From Candidatus Doudnabacteria bacterium (lineage in GTDB: Bacteria; Patescibacteriota; Dojkabacteria; J137; JAEUSD01): 64,000 nt of DNA. Within the stretch, counting starts at the first letter, position 1. The number at the start of each line of letters is the position of its first letter. The position numbers were made by a program, and so were the translations under genes. Under the pieces are notes generated by a model. It was given only the letters and a program-made list of their open reading frames with translations. It did no database searches and had not been told where the DNA came from. This document shows, piece by piece, positions 1 through 9,720 of this stretch. The stretch spans positions 9,837-73,836 of the forward strand of contig JAEUSD010000002.1 of NCBI GenBank assembly GCA_016788825.1. Reading direction: 5' to 3'.

Positions 1-175
1 ACCAATTTAGGGATCTTACTCACTCCGTCGAGGAGGGAGTATTCAGTGTGTAAATGCAGATGCACGAAATTTGCCATAGTTCTGTCCAAAAATTTGGGGA
101 GTGGGCGGTGTGAATAATATAAAGGATGGCCAACTAAGTTTCAACGACTTATAGAGTTTATGCATCACTAACACA

Positions 176-706
176 TTACTTCGTAGAATAAATATGGTAG
201 TGCTTGTTGATCGTTCTTTCTGGCTGGTGGTTTGGGAACTTAAATGTATGTGAGATTATGGTTGATCCTTTTGGTAGTTCGGCGAAAAGTTTGTCTTCTA
301 GCTTGGCCATGAGTTCGGGAAAGAGATAGATGTACATCACGTCGTAATCATGAAATTTCATGCGAAAAAAAGACTTGCAGATGAAATGAATGTTTTTGCG
401 CTTGGGATGAAAAAGTCTGCGCAGGTTGCTGAATAGCCAAAGGTAGGGGTTGATCTCTACTCCGCTGGACTGGTGAAAATACTTTGCGGCCATTAGGGTG
501 ATGCCTCCATCACCAGATCCGAGGTCAATGAAGCGGCCTGCCTGCGGCAGGCCTAGTTCCTCCAGCGCCGCGGCCAGCTTCTTCGCAGATGACGGCACAT
601 ACGGCGCTGAGAAAAAGTTTTGCAACAAAGTCAAAATCCCAAAGCTCAACAGCATCATGCTGGGGATAAATAGACAAATGAACATGATGATGAAGTTGAG
701 CGTCAT
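176..706 (-). CDS. Class I SAM-dependent methyltransferase with N-terminal membrane anchor
   Basis: Six-frame ORF of 176 aa with a hydrophobic N-terminus. Contains the motif-I-like glycine-rich stretch 'IDLGSGDGGITLMAA' typical of Rossmann-fold SAM methyltransferases. Confidence 0.55.
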   Translation of the reverse strand: MTLNFIIMFICLFIPSMMLLSFGILTLLQNFFSAPYVPSSAKKLAAALEELGLPQAGRFIDLGSGDGGITLMAAKYFHQSSGVEINPYLWLFSNLRRLFHPKRKNIHFICKSFFRMKFHDYDVMYIYLFPELMAKLEDKLFAELPKGSTIISHTFKFPNHQPERTINKHYHIYSTK

Positions 707-712
707 AGCTTT

Positions 713-1387
713 TTATAGAATGTAATCAGATACGTGTGTGTACACGTTATAAGTTTGTGCATCATTGCGCAAGATATGCATGTCGATTTCTGGCCACCTG
801 TGCTGAAGGTTTTCAATCTCTTCCCTAGACATCCACATTATGTTTTCACTTAGCTGCATTTGTTTCTTGCTGGGCTCATCAACCTTCACGGTATAAACCA
901 CAAATGCATCGTCGAATAAGACTTCTCCCTCAGCAGTTTTAATAGTCTTTAGATGTAAACTCGTAAAGTCAAAGTGAGTGCAAGAGTAATTCAAGCCAGA
1001 CACCTGTTTAAAAGCTCTGGTTAACATCTCGGTTGGATCTTCCCCGAAGAATGGCTTTCCGCTAGGTAGGTTGTAGAAGTTTGTTTTGGCCTGGGGATGT
1101 TCTTTGATAAGGAAATCCCCTTGCTCGTCCGAACACAGAAAACCGATAAAGAACGATTTCACCCCTCTATCAACTAATTCCGTTGGGTCAAGCTTCGCCA
1201 CTGCTTGTACACCTTCTAAAGTTAAGGAGTAAGTCCCATCTTCTTTGACAACCAAACCATTATTGATTAGTTGCTTTAAGTGAAAGACTACGTTGTCTTC
1301 AAAGTCGTATCCAGAAGCCAGGCTGCCATAGCGCTGGCGGTTTTGGTTAAACAGTCTTTTAAGCAGTATCTTTTGCAGGTCATGCAT
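713..1387 (-). CDS. Nudix-like hydrolase domain protein with N-terminal winged-helix-like region
   Basis: 224-aa ORF. Has a degenerate Nudix box 'GKPFFGEDPTEMLTRAFKQVSGL', which fits the Gx5Ex7R..G pattern only partially. The N-terminal roughly 70 aa looks like a wHTH. Assignment made by eye. Confidence 0.35.
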   Translation of the reverse strand: MHDLQKILLKRLFNQNRQRYGSLASGYDFEDNVVFHLKQLINNGLVVKEDGTYSLTLEGVQAVAKLDPTELVDRGVKSFFIGFLCSDEQGDFLIKEHPQAKTNFYNLPSGKPFFGEDPTEMLTRAFKQVSGLNYSCTHFDFTSLHLKTIKTAEGEVLFDDAFVVYTVKVDEPSKKQMQLSENIMWMSREEIENLQHRWPEIDMHILRNDAQTYNVYTHVSDYIL

Positions 1388-1464
1388 ATTAGGTGTAGTC
1401 GGCTACTCTAAATCTTCTGAATAAATTCTCATAAAATCAGATATTAAATATTAACACTCACACT

Positions 1465-1833
1465 ATGTTCAACAAACTGTTCGCGGTCTGTCTTTTAGTT
1501 AAAGATTTCGAGAAGTCGTTTGATTTCTATAAACAAACTTTAGGTCTGAAAGTTAATTCGGAGAATGGCAAGTTTGCAGATTTTAAACTGGAAGGGACTT
1601 CATTGGCGATCTTTGAGAAGGGTGACGCAACTACGATGTTTCCTGCCAAGTATATGAAGACCGGTGGCGGCTCTGTCTTGGCTTTCCAAGTTGCAGATGT
1701 GGCGCAAGCTTGCGAGAAACTAAAGTCAAAAGGGATAGAAATATTCGAGGGTCCAAAGACGACCCCTTGGGGGCAGACTGTGGCTTACTTTCAGGATCCA
1801 GATTTGAATATTTGGGAAATATCCGCAAGATGA
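1465..1833 (+). CDS. VOC/glyoxalase/bleomycin-resistance family protein
   Basis: 122 aa with the typical beta-alpha-beta-beta-beta VOC pattern, 'FAVCLLVKDFEKSFDFY...LGL' and a C-terminal 'WGQTVAYFQDPDLNIWEI'. Confidence 0.8.
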   Translation: MFNKLFAVCLLVKDFEKSFDFYKQTLGLKVNSENGKFADFKLEGTSLAIFEKGDATTMFPAKYMKTGGGSVLAFQVADVAQACEKLKSKGIEIFEGPKTTPWGQTVAYFQDPDLNIWEISAR

Positions 1834-2264
1834 AGAACGCCAAACGCAACTCTGTTCATGATGAAAAGGCATCGGGTCTGGTTTTACCACCGGAGATTGA
1901 AACTGTGAGTTTCACTTTCGGCAGAGACATGAATAAGATCCATGCTCTGGTACTTCCAATTAAGCAACTCGACATTTCTGAGCTTATTTGGCACTTGTAT
2001 CTGCCTTTCTTTTGGCTAGACAAAGACCATCCGTTCAGTATTAGGCCTATTGATGTGATTAACGACCCCATACGATACGAATACCGATTTGGCAGGATTG
2101 TGGGTGTGGATACTAGCTATCCAATCGATATCATGTGGTGGAAAGGTAGGTGGCAAATTCTTGATGGGCTGCACCGGTTATGTAAACAAGTTATTGAAGG
2201 AAAAGCTTTTGTGAATGTAAGGAAGGTCCCCCCAGAATGGATACCTAGGATTACCCCCGATTAG
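1830..2264 (+). CDS. Hypothetical protein, possible ParB/sulfiredoxin-like domain
   Basis: The long ORF 1710..2264 overlaps the VOC gene. The internal ATG at 1830 overlaps the VOC stop as ATGA. The 'ILDGLHRL' segment resembles the DGxHR core of the ParB/Srx fold. Weak. Confidence 0.3.
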   Translation: MKNAKRNSVHDEKASGLVLPPEIETVSFTFGRDMNKIHALVLPIKQLDISELIWHLYLPFFWLDKDHPFSIRPIDVINDPIRYEYRFGRIVGVDTSYPIDIMWWKGRWQILDGLHRLCKQVIEGKAFVNVRKVPPEWIPRITPD

Positions 2265-2304
2265 GTCTCATTTCGGCTAGAATGAAGGAGGTTAAATATA
2301 CTTC

Positions 2305-2697
2305 ATGACACCAAAATACAATGAATTAACATCCGAAGAGGCTCGCGTGATTGAAGGCAAGGGCACGGAAGCTCCGTTTACGGGAGAATACGATGATTTC
2401 TACGTGCCGGGTACTTTCATCTGTCGGCGCTGCAATTTACCTCTCTTCTCATCACAGGCAAAGTTTGATGCCCATTGCGGCTGGCCGGCCTTTGACGACA
2501 GTTTTTCTGGCGCACTCGTGAGGCTTCCTGATCCCGATGGGATGCGTACCGAAATCGAGTGCGCCAACTGCCACGCCCATTTGGGCCACGAGTTCATAGG
2601 CGAGTATCTAACGGATAAGAATGTGCGTGAATGCGTGAACTCAGTTTCGATTAAGTTTGTGAAAGAAGGCGATGAACTGCCTGAAGTTATTAAATAG
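2305..2697 (+). CDS. msrB: Peptide-methionine (R)-S-oxide reductase MsrB
   Basis: 130 aa with SelR motifs 'CGWPAF' and 'RTEIECANCHAHLGHEF', including a CxxC zinc site and the catalytic Cys. AGGAGG RBS present upstream. Confidence 0.9.
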   Translation: MTPKYNELTSEEARVIEGKGTEAPFTGEYDDFYVPGTFICRRCNLPLFSSQAKFDAHCGWPAFDDSFSGALVRLPDPDGMRTEIECANCHAHLGHEFIGEYLTDKNVRECVNSVSIKFVKEGDELPEVIK

Positions 2698-2708
2698 CTG
2701 TTGGAGAA

Positions 2709-3068
2709 TTATTTACGCAGGATCTTTTCCATCTCTTTCCCTTTGGCAAGTTCATCGATCAGCTTATCCAAGTAGCGGACTTCTCTCATGACTGGGTCTT
2801 CTATTTCTTCTACTCTCACGCCGCAAATTACGCCTGTGATCAACTTACGACTGGGATTCATTTTAGGTGCCTGGGCAAAAAAGTCTTGGAAGCCGGTTTC
2901 TTTTTCAAGGTGTTCTTTGAACTCTTTCTGGCTGTAGCCGGTTAGCCATTGAATAATTTCATCCACCTCAGCCTTCGTGCGGCCCTTCCCTTCAGCTTTG
3001 GCGATGTAGTGCGGGTAAACGCTGGCGACGCTCATTTTGTAGACTCGTTCGTTGTTTCCTGATTTCAT
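2709..3068 (-). CDS. DUF2200 family protein
   Basis: 119 aa. The '[34 protein letters not shown]' N-terminus matches my memory of the DUF2200 family. Confidence 0.55.
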   Translation of the reverse strand: MKSGNNERVYKMSVASVYPHYIAKAEGKGRTKAEVDEIIQWLTGYSQKEFKEHLEKETGFQDFFAQAPKMNPSRKLITGVICGVRVEEIEDPVMREVRYLDKLIDELAKGKEMEKILRK

Positions 3069-3080
3069 TACTCTTAGAAA

Positions 3081-3506
3081 TTATCCTCTGAATAAAAAGA
3101 CGCCGATAAAGTATACGCTAAACAACGCATATATGATTGCTAGAACTCCATAATTTATAGAAACTTCAAGAGCTAGTAAAGCAACTGCAATCAAGCTAAA
3201 TAACATAGCTACGGCGCTATTGACCTGGAGTTCGGAACCTCTTCCAGGAATCTTACTGATCCCAAACAGCTGCGCAATTCCCCAATTGTATATGTAATCG
3301 AAAGGATGCAGCGGGAGCTTGATGCCGAGAAAAGCAATAAAAGCTGTGATTAAGAGTGTGTATGGGTTTCTTAACAATATTCCAGCAAGTACAATCAAAA
3401 TGTAGACTGGGTAACTGAACCTGACACCGTACTCTACACTTCTTTTATCAGATATTAAACTACAAGCAACCCATTTTGAGAACAATACATCTCTTAATGT
3501 TCTCAT
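3081..3506 (-). CDS. Hypothetical integral membrane protein
   Basis: 141 aa with 3-4 hydrophobic helices. Its stop overlaps the start of the upstream gene (3506). Confidence 0.45.
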   Translation of the reverse strand: MRTLRDVLFSKWVACSLISDKRSVEYGVRFSYPVYILIVLAGILLRNPYTLLITAFIAFLGIKLPLHPFDYIYNWGIAQLFGISKIPGRGSELQVNSAVAMLFSLIAVALLALEVSINYGVLAIIYALFSVYFIGVFLFRG

Positions 3507-3889
3507 TATTTCTTAACCAGAAAATTAAAGTAGTAAGTTGCACTTCCATACTTTTCATTCGCGTACTTTGAAGTCACTTTCCATTGGTCCTCCCAGTTAG
3601 GTGGTTTTATATAAATCGTGGCGTGTCTTACCGGTTCGGCCTCATCAAACACAAGAGGTGACTTGACCTCAAACATTTTAGTAAATCCACCGATCTCATC
3701 TGTGATCGTTTTTACAACATAAAAGTTGAAATCCCCAATATAATCAATTTCAAATACGTAATAAATGCCATCGTTCGTTTCTATTTCATAGAATAGCTCA
3801 TCGGGAGTTAGTTGCCACGACCTGACTTCTCTTAAGAATTTGAGACCTTCTGTATCCTTGAATTGTTCGATAAGCTTTTGGAAATCCAT
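3506..3889 (-). CDS. Hypothetical protein
   Basis: 127-aa ORF, translationally coupled to 3081..3506. No recognisable motif. Confidence 0.4.
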   Translation of the reverse strand: MDFQKLIEQFKDTEGLKFLREVRSWQLTPDELFYEIETNDGIYYVFEIDYIGDFNFYVVKTITDEIGGFTKMFEVKSPLVFDEAEPVRHATIYIKPPNWEDQWKVTSKYANEKYGSATYYFNFLVKK

Positions 3890-3910
3890 TTACTTTGTCT
3901 TTCACAAATT

Positions 3911-3982
3911 AGCGGGCGACGAGAGTCGAACTCGCGATCTTCTCCTTGGGAAGGAGACGTCATACCACTAGACCACGCCCGC
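3911..3982 (-). tRNA. tRNA-Gly (anticodon CCC)
   Basis: Reverse complement folds as a cloverleaf: acceptor GCGGGCG/CGCCCGC, anticodon stem TCTCC/GGAGA, loop TTCCCAA, T-arm GCGAG-TTCGACT-CTCGT, discriminator U. No encoded CCA. Confidence 0.85.
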
Positions 3983-4014
3983 GTGGTAGCCAAGAATATG
4001 ATAACATAATAACT

Positions 4015-4623
4015 ATGGGCGCTATTGAACAAGCAGTAATACCTTTAACAGAAGGATTACCGGATAGATTTGGGGATGCTCACTATACACCTCCGGAAAA
4101 GTTTATTGGACTACTGCAGCATTTGAGAAATGCAATAAAGTCTAGTGATTACGCATTAAAATATGGAACAAAGGTTTTGCAAGGAAAGCCTAATTCGTTA
4201 ACTATTGAAAATGGGAATATTAAATCTATCTTTGAATCCAATTTGGTTGCTATCGGTGTGAAGGGCGATCTAGAAGATGATGATGTGATGGCTTTTGTAC
4301 ATAACCTGATAGAAATATCTAGGACAGAAGATGGTAGACGCCCCGATAAATTTTTGGTTTTTCCTAAAGATAAGCCTGACCTCTGGCGTGAATGGCTAGC
4401 TCTCTTACGCAAACTTTTAGAGATATATCCATTTGAGGAAGGCGAGAGGGTTAAGAATCAGGTCATAAAACAATTTTTTAATGGGTATTTCACTTTGGTC
4501 GAAAGTGGAACGCAAAAAACTATAAAAGATTATGGACTGGAGATAATCTCAGGGTTTAAGGATGAAGAGGAAGCCTTCCTACGTGTTTTTGGTACAGACG
4601 GCTTAAACTGGCTTAACGATTAA
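4015..4623 (+). CDS. Hypothetical protein
   Basis: ORF 3946..4623 overlaps the tRNA-Gly(CCC) gene. The first ATG clear of the tRNA is at 4015, giving 202 aa. No recognised domain. Confidence 0.4.
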   Translation: MGAIEQAVIPLTEGLPDRFGDAHYTPPEKFIGLLQHLRNAIKSSDYALKYGTKVLQGKPNSLTIENGNIKSIFESNLVAIGVKGDLEDDDVMAFVHNLIEISRTEDGRRPDKFLVFPKDKPDLWREWLALLRKLLEIYPFEEGERVKNQVIKQFFNGYFTLVESGTQKTIKDYGLEIISGFKDEEEAFLRVFGTDGLNWLND

Positions 4624-4631
4624 TATAAATT

Positions 4632-5363
4632 ATGATTCTTCTTTACAGCGTAATACATTTAGTGTACGTAGCAGTTGTGACCATCGGGTGGATGCTGTTC
4701 GACAAGCGCCCAGATTTTCGCAAATATTGGTTAATTACTGCCGTGATTGGAAGTGTTTGTACGATTGCATTTGATTTTGCCGGAGTAGTTATCTTTCAGT
4801 TTTGGAGATATTTCTCTTCGAATGAGTGGGAGTATATAGCAATCTCTTTCTCCACGTATGTTGTTGCAACCCCGTTGTTTATAGAAGTTACAGGTTATCT
4901 GATAAGGTGGTTAGCTAAATTTCGACTATCTTTTGGAATAAAGAATCTCAATTACTTTACCTATGTAGGATTGATATTATTCTCTGGCCTACTTGGCCTA
5001 TCAGCGGTTGTTGTTACTTTAGTTCAGGGGAAAGGTTACGGCTGGCTGTTTTTTATAACCGCTTTCGTCGCGTTGCTATTATTTTCAGATGGAGTGCTAG
5101 GGCTTGCTGGAAAGAAAGGAGTGGTGACATTGGCCTTGGAGGGTTCTATACTCTCCCCTTTGGCTATAGTCTTAAGTGGTTTGATTTGTGGAATGATCTG
5201 GGAAATCCTGAATACTGCTTTACCACTTTGGCAGTTTACAAATGTCCCTACTGAGAATCTGTTAGGGGTTCCGCTGGTGGTGTTTCTTTTTTGGGGAACG
5301 TTGAACCTTGCTTATTGGACTGTGGCAGAGCTATTCTTTTCGAAATACAAGATTCTCAGGTAA
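4632..5363 (+). CDS. Hypothetical integral membrane protein (about 6 TM)
   Basis: 243 aa, highly hydrophobic with repeated TM segments. Confidence 0.45.
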   Translation: MILLYSVIHLVYVAVVTIGWMLFDKRPDFRKYWLITAVIGSVCTIAFDFAGVVIFQFWRYFSSNEWEYIAISFSTYVVATPLFIEVTGYLIRWLAKFRLSFGIKNLNYFTYVGLILFSGLLGLSAVVVTLVQGKGYGWLFFITAFVALLLFSDGVLGLAGKKGVVTLALEGSILSPLAIVLSGLICGMIWEILNTALPLWQFTNVPTENLLGVPLVVFLFWGTLNLAYWTVAELFFSKYKILR

Positions 5364-5416
5364 CTTCCCTCTGGTCATCCCCTAAATCTTTCTGTAATAT
5401 TTGCTAGTAAACATTT

Positions 5417-8400
5417 TTGCCCATTATGCGCGCCAAGATTAATAAGCTTTTGAGTGATCATTCGATCACCATTTACAGGTGGCAGTTTGACTTGGTGGTA
5501 CTGCTTTATATCCTGTTGGGGTTAGTGATCGGAATATTAGTGGTGAGTTTTGGGGTAATTCCTCGTGCAGGTGCACTGATCCAGGTAAACCTGCAAGCCA
5601 CCTCAGATACGCAGTTTTCGGCAGGCGCGCTGACCAGCACTGTGGTGTCTGGGACGGGCAATGCCGCATTTGTCCAGCTGGCTGGCAGCGCGCCTGCCGA
5701 CGCATGGTACGACACTGATTGGCTTTACAGACGCAAGATCACATTTGATAACTCCGCTCAAGCAGAAAATCTTACCAACTTCCCCGCATTGGTAACCCTA
5801 GACAACACAGACATTGATTTTGCCAAAGTAAAAGCTGCCGGAGCAGATATCCGATTTACAGACAGTGATGGAAGCACGTTGCTTAGTCACGAGATAGAAC
5901 TGTGGGATGATGGCACCGAAAATGCAGTTGTATGGGTGAAAGTCCCTCAAATCAATGCATCATCAAACACAGATTACATATACCTTTACTACGGCAACAC
6001 GGCAGCAACTGATTCGCAGAATGCCTCTGCAGTATGGTCGAATGGCTATGCTGGTGTGTGGCACATGAATCAAAACCCTGGAGGTACAGCACCTCAGATC
6101 TTAGATAGTACATCAAACGCAAGACACCTTACATCTGCGGGCTCTATGGCGGCAGATGATGTCGTAGATGCAAAGATCGGTAAGGGTCTCAGCTTCGATG
6201 GGACAAACGACTATTTGTCTATTCCATTATCGGGACTCGACTTTAATACCGGACATATTGAAGTCTGGATTCAAAAAAGTACAACTCCATTTAGAGCGTT
6301 TTTCCGGACTGACGGCTCTGGCTGTGACTCTGAGTTTTACCTCACGAGCAATACAGCGGGATTCTGGACAAACGGGTCTTGTGCCGCGGGAACATATGAG
6401 GCAACAACTAGTGTAGGTGGAGCAACAGGCTGGAATCATACCAGTTTCCAAGGACGTTCAGATGGCAATACAATATTCATCAACGGACTGCAGGTGTCCC
6501 CAAATTATGTTCAGGGTAATGCCTCGCGAGCAATATTTCTGGATGATTTCGCATCCGGGGCGACCTTGTTTAGTCTAGGAACAGCTGGAGATCCAAGTGA
6601 ATTCTGGAACGGCATAATGGATGAGTTTCGAATCAGTAATACAACCCGTTCCGGAGCCTGGATAGCGGCCCAATATACAAATATGAATGGCGGGTATGTA
6701 TCCTATGGATCTGAGGAAACCCCTCTACCCGCCAGCGGAACTTGGGAATCTAGCGCTGGGGTAAATGTGATCGACTTGGTATGGAACGGCGGCTGGGGAG
6801 ACGGAACCGCAGGCTCAACAGCATTTACAGCAAATTTCCAAAATGTTGGTGCTAATGCTACGATCACTTTTCAGGCCCGCGTAGCGACTACCACAGGTGG
6901 ACTAGCCAGCGCTAGCTATCAGACTTTAGGAATTGCAAATTCTGGAACATCTTTAACCATCCCTGCTTCAACATTTACAAGTCTGAGTTTGGGGACTGGA
7001 ACAAATAGATATATTCAAATCAGGGCAACATTTACCAATGTGGATGGGGTGACGAACCCTCGTCTCGACGACTTTACCATTTCATACATGGGGGATAACT
7101 CTGCTCCAGACTCAAATGCGTCTACTATTACTATGCAAAAGACTCAGGGTGGGGCGACAGTAGCTTCAAATGGGTGGGCGAATTCCGAAAGCCCTTACTT
7201 TAGTTGGAATGCTGGTCTAGACAGTCAGTCCGGCATTCGGGGCTATTGTTTGTACTTGGGAACTGATGCGGCAGGGGATCCAACCGTGTCTAAGGGGCTG
7301 CTGGGGACATCCCCTGCCGCACTGGCTGGCACACCATGTTTATTTGTTGTCACCGGAACGAACATCGACTTTGTGACTACGTCTCTACGAGGAGGTACAT
7401 GGCTTACCAGTAGTACTTCCCCGTACTATTTGAACATTAGGGCGGTAGATCTAGCCGGGAACGTGTTTGGAAGTTCTGCACAGTTTCAGTTCCGGTTTGA
7501 CAATCAAGCACCGACAAACCCTGCATTCTTATCTTTGCCAAGCGGTTTTATCTCCACCAAAGACGCCACATTCACTTGGCCGACTAGTGGACCAGATGCA
7601 GCAAGCGATACGCACTCAGGTTTTGCGGGTCTGCAGTATAGAGTAACTGCTGCTGGAGTTTGGTATGGAGACGCTCACAATGGTGCGCAGGACCCGACAG
7701 ATTTCCTTACAAACGATGGGAGCTACACCACGGATCCGACTTATGACTATCCTCTGTTAAGTGACGGGACAAATGTGATATATATGCGTACTTGGGATGT
7801 GGCGGGAAATGTTTCCGTTGTTTATACAACTGGTAGTTTGAAGATAAATACTGCGGCGCCTTCGGCGCCGCAAAACCTCCAAGTTACTCCCACAGACAAC
7901 ACCGCCAATTCCTATAGCTTCGATTGGGACCAACCAGCAACATTTGTGGGCGATGTTAACTTGATCACCTACTGTTACACAGTAAATGTAGTTCCGGCTG
8001 CCAATACTTGCAGTTTCACAGCTGCCGGAGTTACCAGCTTGGCAGCCGATGCTTACGCGAATCAGCCAGGCACAAATACTCTGTTTGTAGTTGCAAAAGA
8101 TGAAGCAGGCAACATCAACTACGGCACCTCAGCGAGCGTAAACTTTACATATAGCGGGAGCGCTCCAGGGATTCCTACAAGTATCGATGTGGCGGATATT
8201 TCCGTGAAAGCTACAAGCAATTGGCGATTGGTTATTTCCTGGAGCGCTCCTACAAATGTTGGTGCAGGGATAGAAAATTACCAGATCCTGCGTAGCACGA
8301 CAAACACCACCTGCACCACCAATTTAGGTGCGTTTACCCAGGTGGGGACAACTCAAGGCACTTCGTTCACAGACGGTGGGCTATCGCAACAAAACTATTA

Positions 8401-9718
8401 TTACTGTGTCAAAGCGTGCGACAGCGCCAACAGTTGCTCGGCGGCGTCTGAGACGAGATCAGGGTTTCCAGATGGGAGATTCACCGAGCCGCCGAACCTT
8501 ATCAGTGGACCCACAATAACCCGTATTACGAATAGAAGTGCAACCATAACCTGGGTCACAGATAGAAACTCAGATACAAAGGTTTCCTACGGCTTGTCCA
8601 CAGGGCAATATTTCCAAGAAGAGCCAGCAAAGTCCGAGCAGGTTACCAATCATACGATTACACTGAACAATCTTCAGCCAGGCACAACATACTTTTTCCG
8701 TGCAAAGTGGCTAGATGAGGATGGTAATTTGGGGACTTCAGAAGAAGCTGTGCTTACAACTCTTCCCGCTCCTGTGGTGAGCGAAGTAACTGTGACAAAC
8801 GTGGGATTGAATAATGCCTTTGTAAGGTTTACAGCGACTCGTGCTGCCCGAGTGCGGGTCCAGTTCGGTACGACAACAAACTTTGGCGGCTTGAACGAAA
8901 TCGCAACTTCGCAAGAGACCAGCTCGTACATCACTGAACTTTCAGGGCTGCAAGATGGCACAAAGTATTATTTCAGAGTCGATCCTGTGGACGCGGATGG
9001 GTTTAGCTATCCAGGCACTACTCTCGACCTTTCCACCATCGCGCGTCCACGCATCAGTAACATTGAAGCCCAGGAAGTGAAAGGCGAACCAGTTCCCACG
9101 GTTGAGGTATCTTGGGAGACAAACACGGAAACAACTTCAATAATTACGTACTATCCAGAGTCTGCACCTCAGACAGTTGAAAATGAAGTGGACGCAGACT
9201 TTATCCAAGGAGAACACAAGCTAAGGTTGACAGCTTTGCAGCCAGATACAAATTATCTTATTCAGGTGAGGGGGCGGGATAAATTTGGTAATGAAGCGCT
9301 CTCAGAAATCCAAAGGATAACTACAAGTGTGGATACACGGGCGCCGCGAATCACGAACCTGCGCATCGAGGGCGCTGTAATCTCGCAAGGCGCCACTCTG
9401 GGCGGACAACCGCTGGCTCAACTAATTGTATCTTGGGATACAGATGAGCCAGCCACAAGCCAAATAGAATTTGGAGAAGGTACCGGAACCAGTTATACTC
9501 AACGCACCCAAAAGGATGGGTCTTTAACATTTAACCACCTGGTTGTAATATCCAAACTACAGCCATCTCAGGTATATCACCTTCAAGTTTCAAGCGAAGA
9601 TAGCGCTGGAAACTTGGGGCAGTCTGTAGACACGGTAACAATCACTCCCAAGGCAACCCAGACTGCCGTAGAAGTTGTGTTACGAAACCTAGGTGATATA
9701 TTCAGCTTTTTGCGCTAG
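5417..9718 (+). CDS. Giant cell-surface protein with N-terminal signal anchor, DUF2341, LamG-like and multiple fibronectin-type-III domains
   Basis: 1433 aa with an N-terminal TM segment. DUF2341 signature 'YRRKITFDN...NFPALVTLDNTDIDFAKVKAAGADIRFTDSDGSTLLSHEIELWD...VWVKVP...YIYLYYGN'. LamG-like block 'GLSFDGTNDYLSIP' with a later 'WNGIMDEFRISN'. Tandem Fn3-like repeats in the C-terminal roughly 450 aa. Residues roughly 590-940 are Ser/Thr/Gly-rich with no recognised domain. Confidence 0.7.
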   Translation: MPIMRAKINKLLSDHSITIYRWQFDLVVLLYILLGLVIGILVVSFGVIPRAGALIQVNLQATSDTQFSAGALTSTVVSGTGNAAFVQLAGSAPADAWYDTDWLYRRKITFDNSAQAENLTNFPALVTLDNTDIDFAKVKAAGADIRFTDSDGSTLLSHEIELWDDGTENAVVWVKVPQINASSNTDYIYLYYGNTAATDSQNASAVWSNGYAGVWHMNQNPGGTAPQILDSTSNARHLTSAGSMAADDVVDAKIGKGLSFDGTNDYLSIPLSGLDFNTGHIEVWIQKSTTPFRAFFRTDGSGCDSEFYLTSNTAGFWTNGSCAAGTYEATTSVGGATGWNHTSFQGRSDGNTIFINGLQVSPNYVQGNASRAIFLDDFASGATLFSLGTAGDPSEFWNGIMDEFRISNTTRSGAWIAAQYTNMNGGYVSYGSEETPLPASGTWESSAGVNVIDLVWNGGWGDGTAGSTAFTANFQNVGANATITFQARVATTTGGLASASYQTLGIANSGTSLTIPASTFTSLSLGTGTNRYIQIRATFTNVDGVTNPRLDDFTISYMGDNSAPDSNASTITMQKTQGGATVASNGWANSESPYFSWNAGLDSQSGIRGYCLYLGTDAAGDPTVSKGLLGTSPAALAGTPCLFVVTGTNIDFVTTSLRGGTWLTSSTSPYYLNIRAVDLAGNVFGSSAQFQFRFDNQAPTNPAFLSLPSGFISTKDATFTWPTSGPDAASDTHSGFAGLQYRVTAAGVWYGDAHNGAQDPTDFLTNDGSYTTDPTYDYPLLSDGTNVIYMRTWDVAGNVSVVYTTGSLKINTAAPSAPQNLQVTPTDNTANSYSFDWDQPATFVGDVNLITYCYTVNVVPAANTCSFTAAGVTSLAADAYANQPGTNTLFVVAKDEAGNINYGTSASVNFTYSGSAPGIPTSIDVADISVKATSNWRLVISWSAPTNVGAGIENYQILRSTTNTTCTTNLGAFTQVGTTQGTSFTDGGLSQQNYYYCVKACDSANSCSAASETRSGFPDGRFTEPPNLISGPTITRITNRSATITWVTDRNSDTKVSYGLSTGQYFQEEPAKSEQVTNHTITLNNLQPGTTYFFRAKWLDEDGNLGTSEEAVLTTLPAPVVSEVTVTNVGLNNAFVRFTATRAARVRVQFGTTTNFGGLNEIATSQETSSYITELSGLQDGTKYYFRVDPVDADGFSYPGTTLDLSTIARPRISNIEAQEVKGEPVPTVEVSWETNTETTSIITYYPESAPQTVENEVDADFIQGEHKLRLTALQPDTNYLIQVRGRDKFGNEALSEIQRITTSVDTRAPRITNLRIEGAVISQGATLGGQPLAQLIVSWDTDEPATSQIEFGEGTGTSYTQRTQKDGSLTFNHLVVISKLQPSQVYHLQVSSEDSAGNLGQSVDTVTITPKATQTAVEVVLRNLGDIFSFLR

Positions 9719-9720
9719 AT

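Noticed and set aside
1710-1829. N-terminal 40 codons of ORF 1710..2264
   Set aside because: Overlaps the VOC gene in another frame. A coupled ATG at 1830 gives a cleaner gene model.
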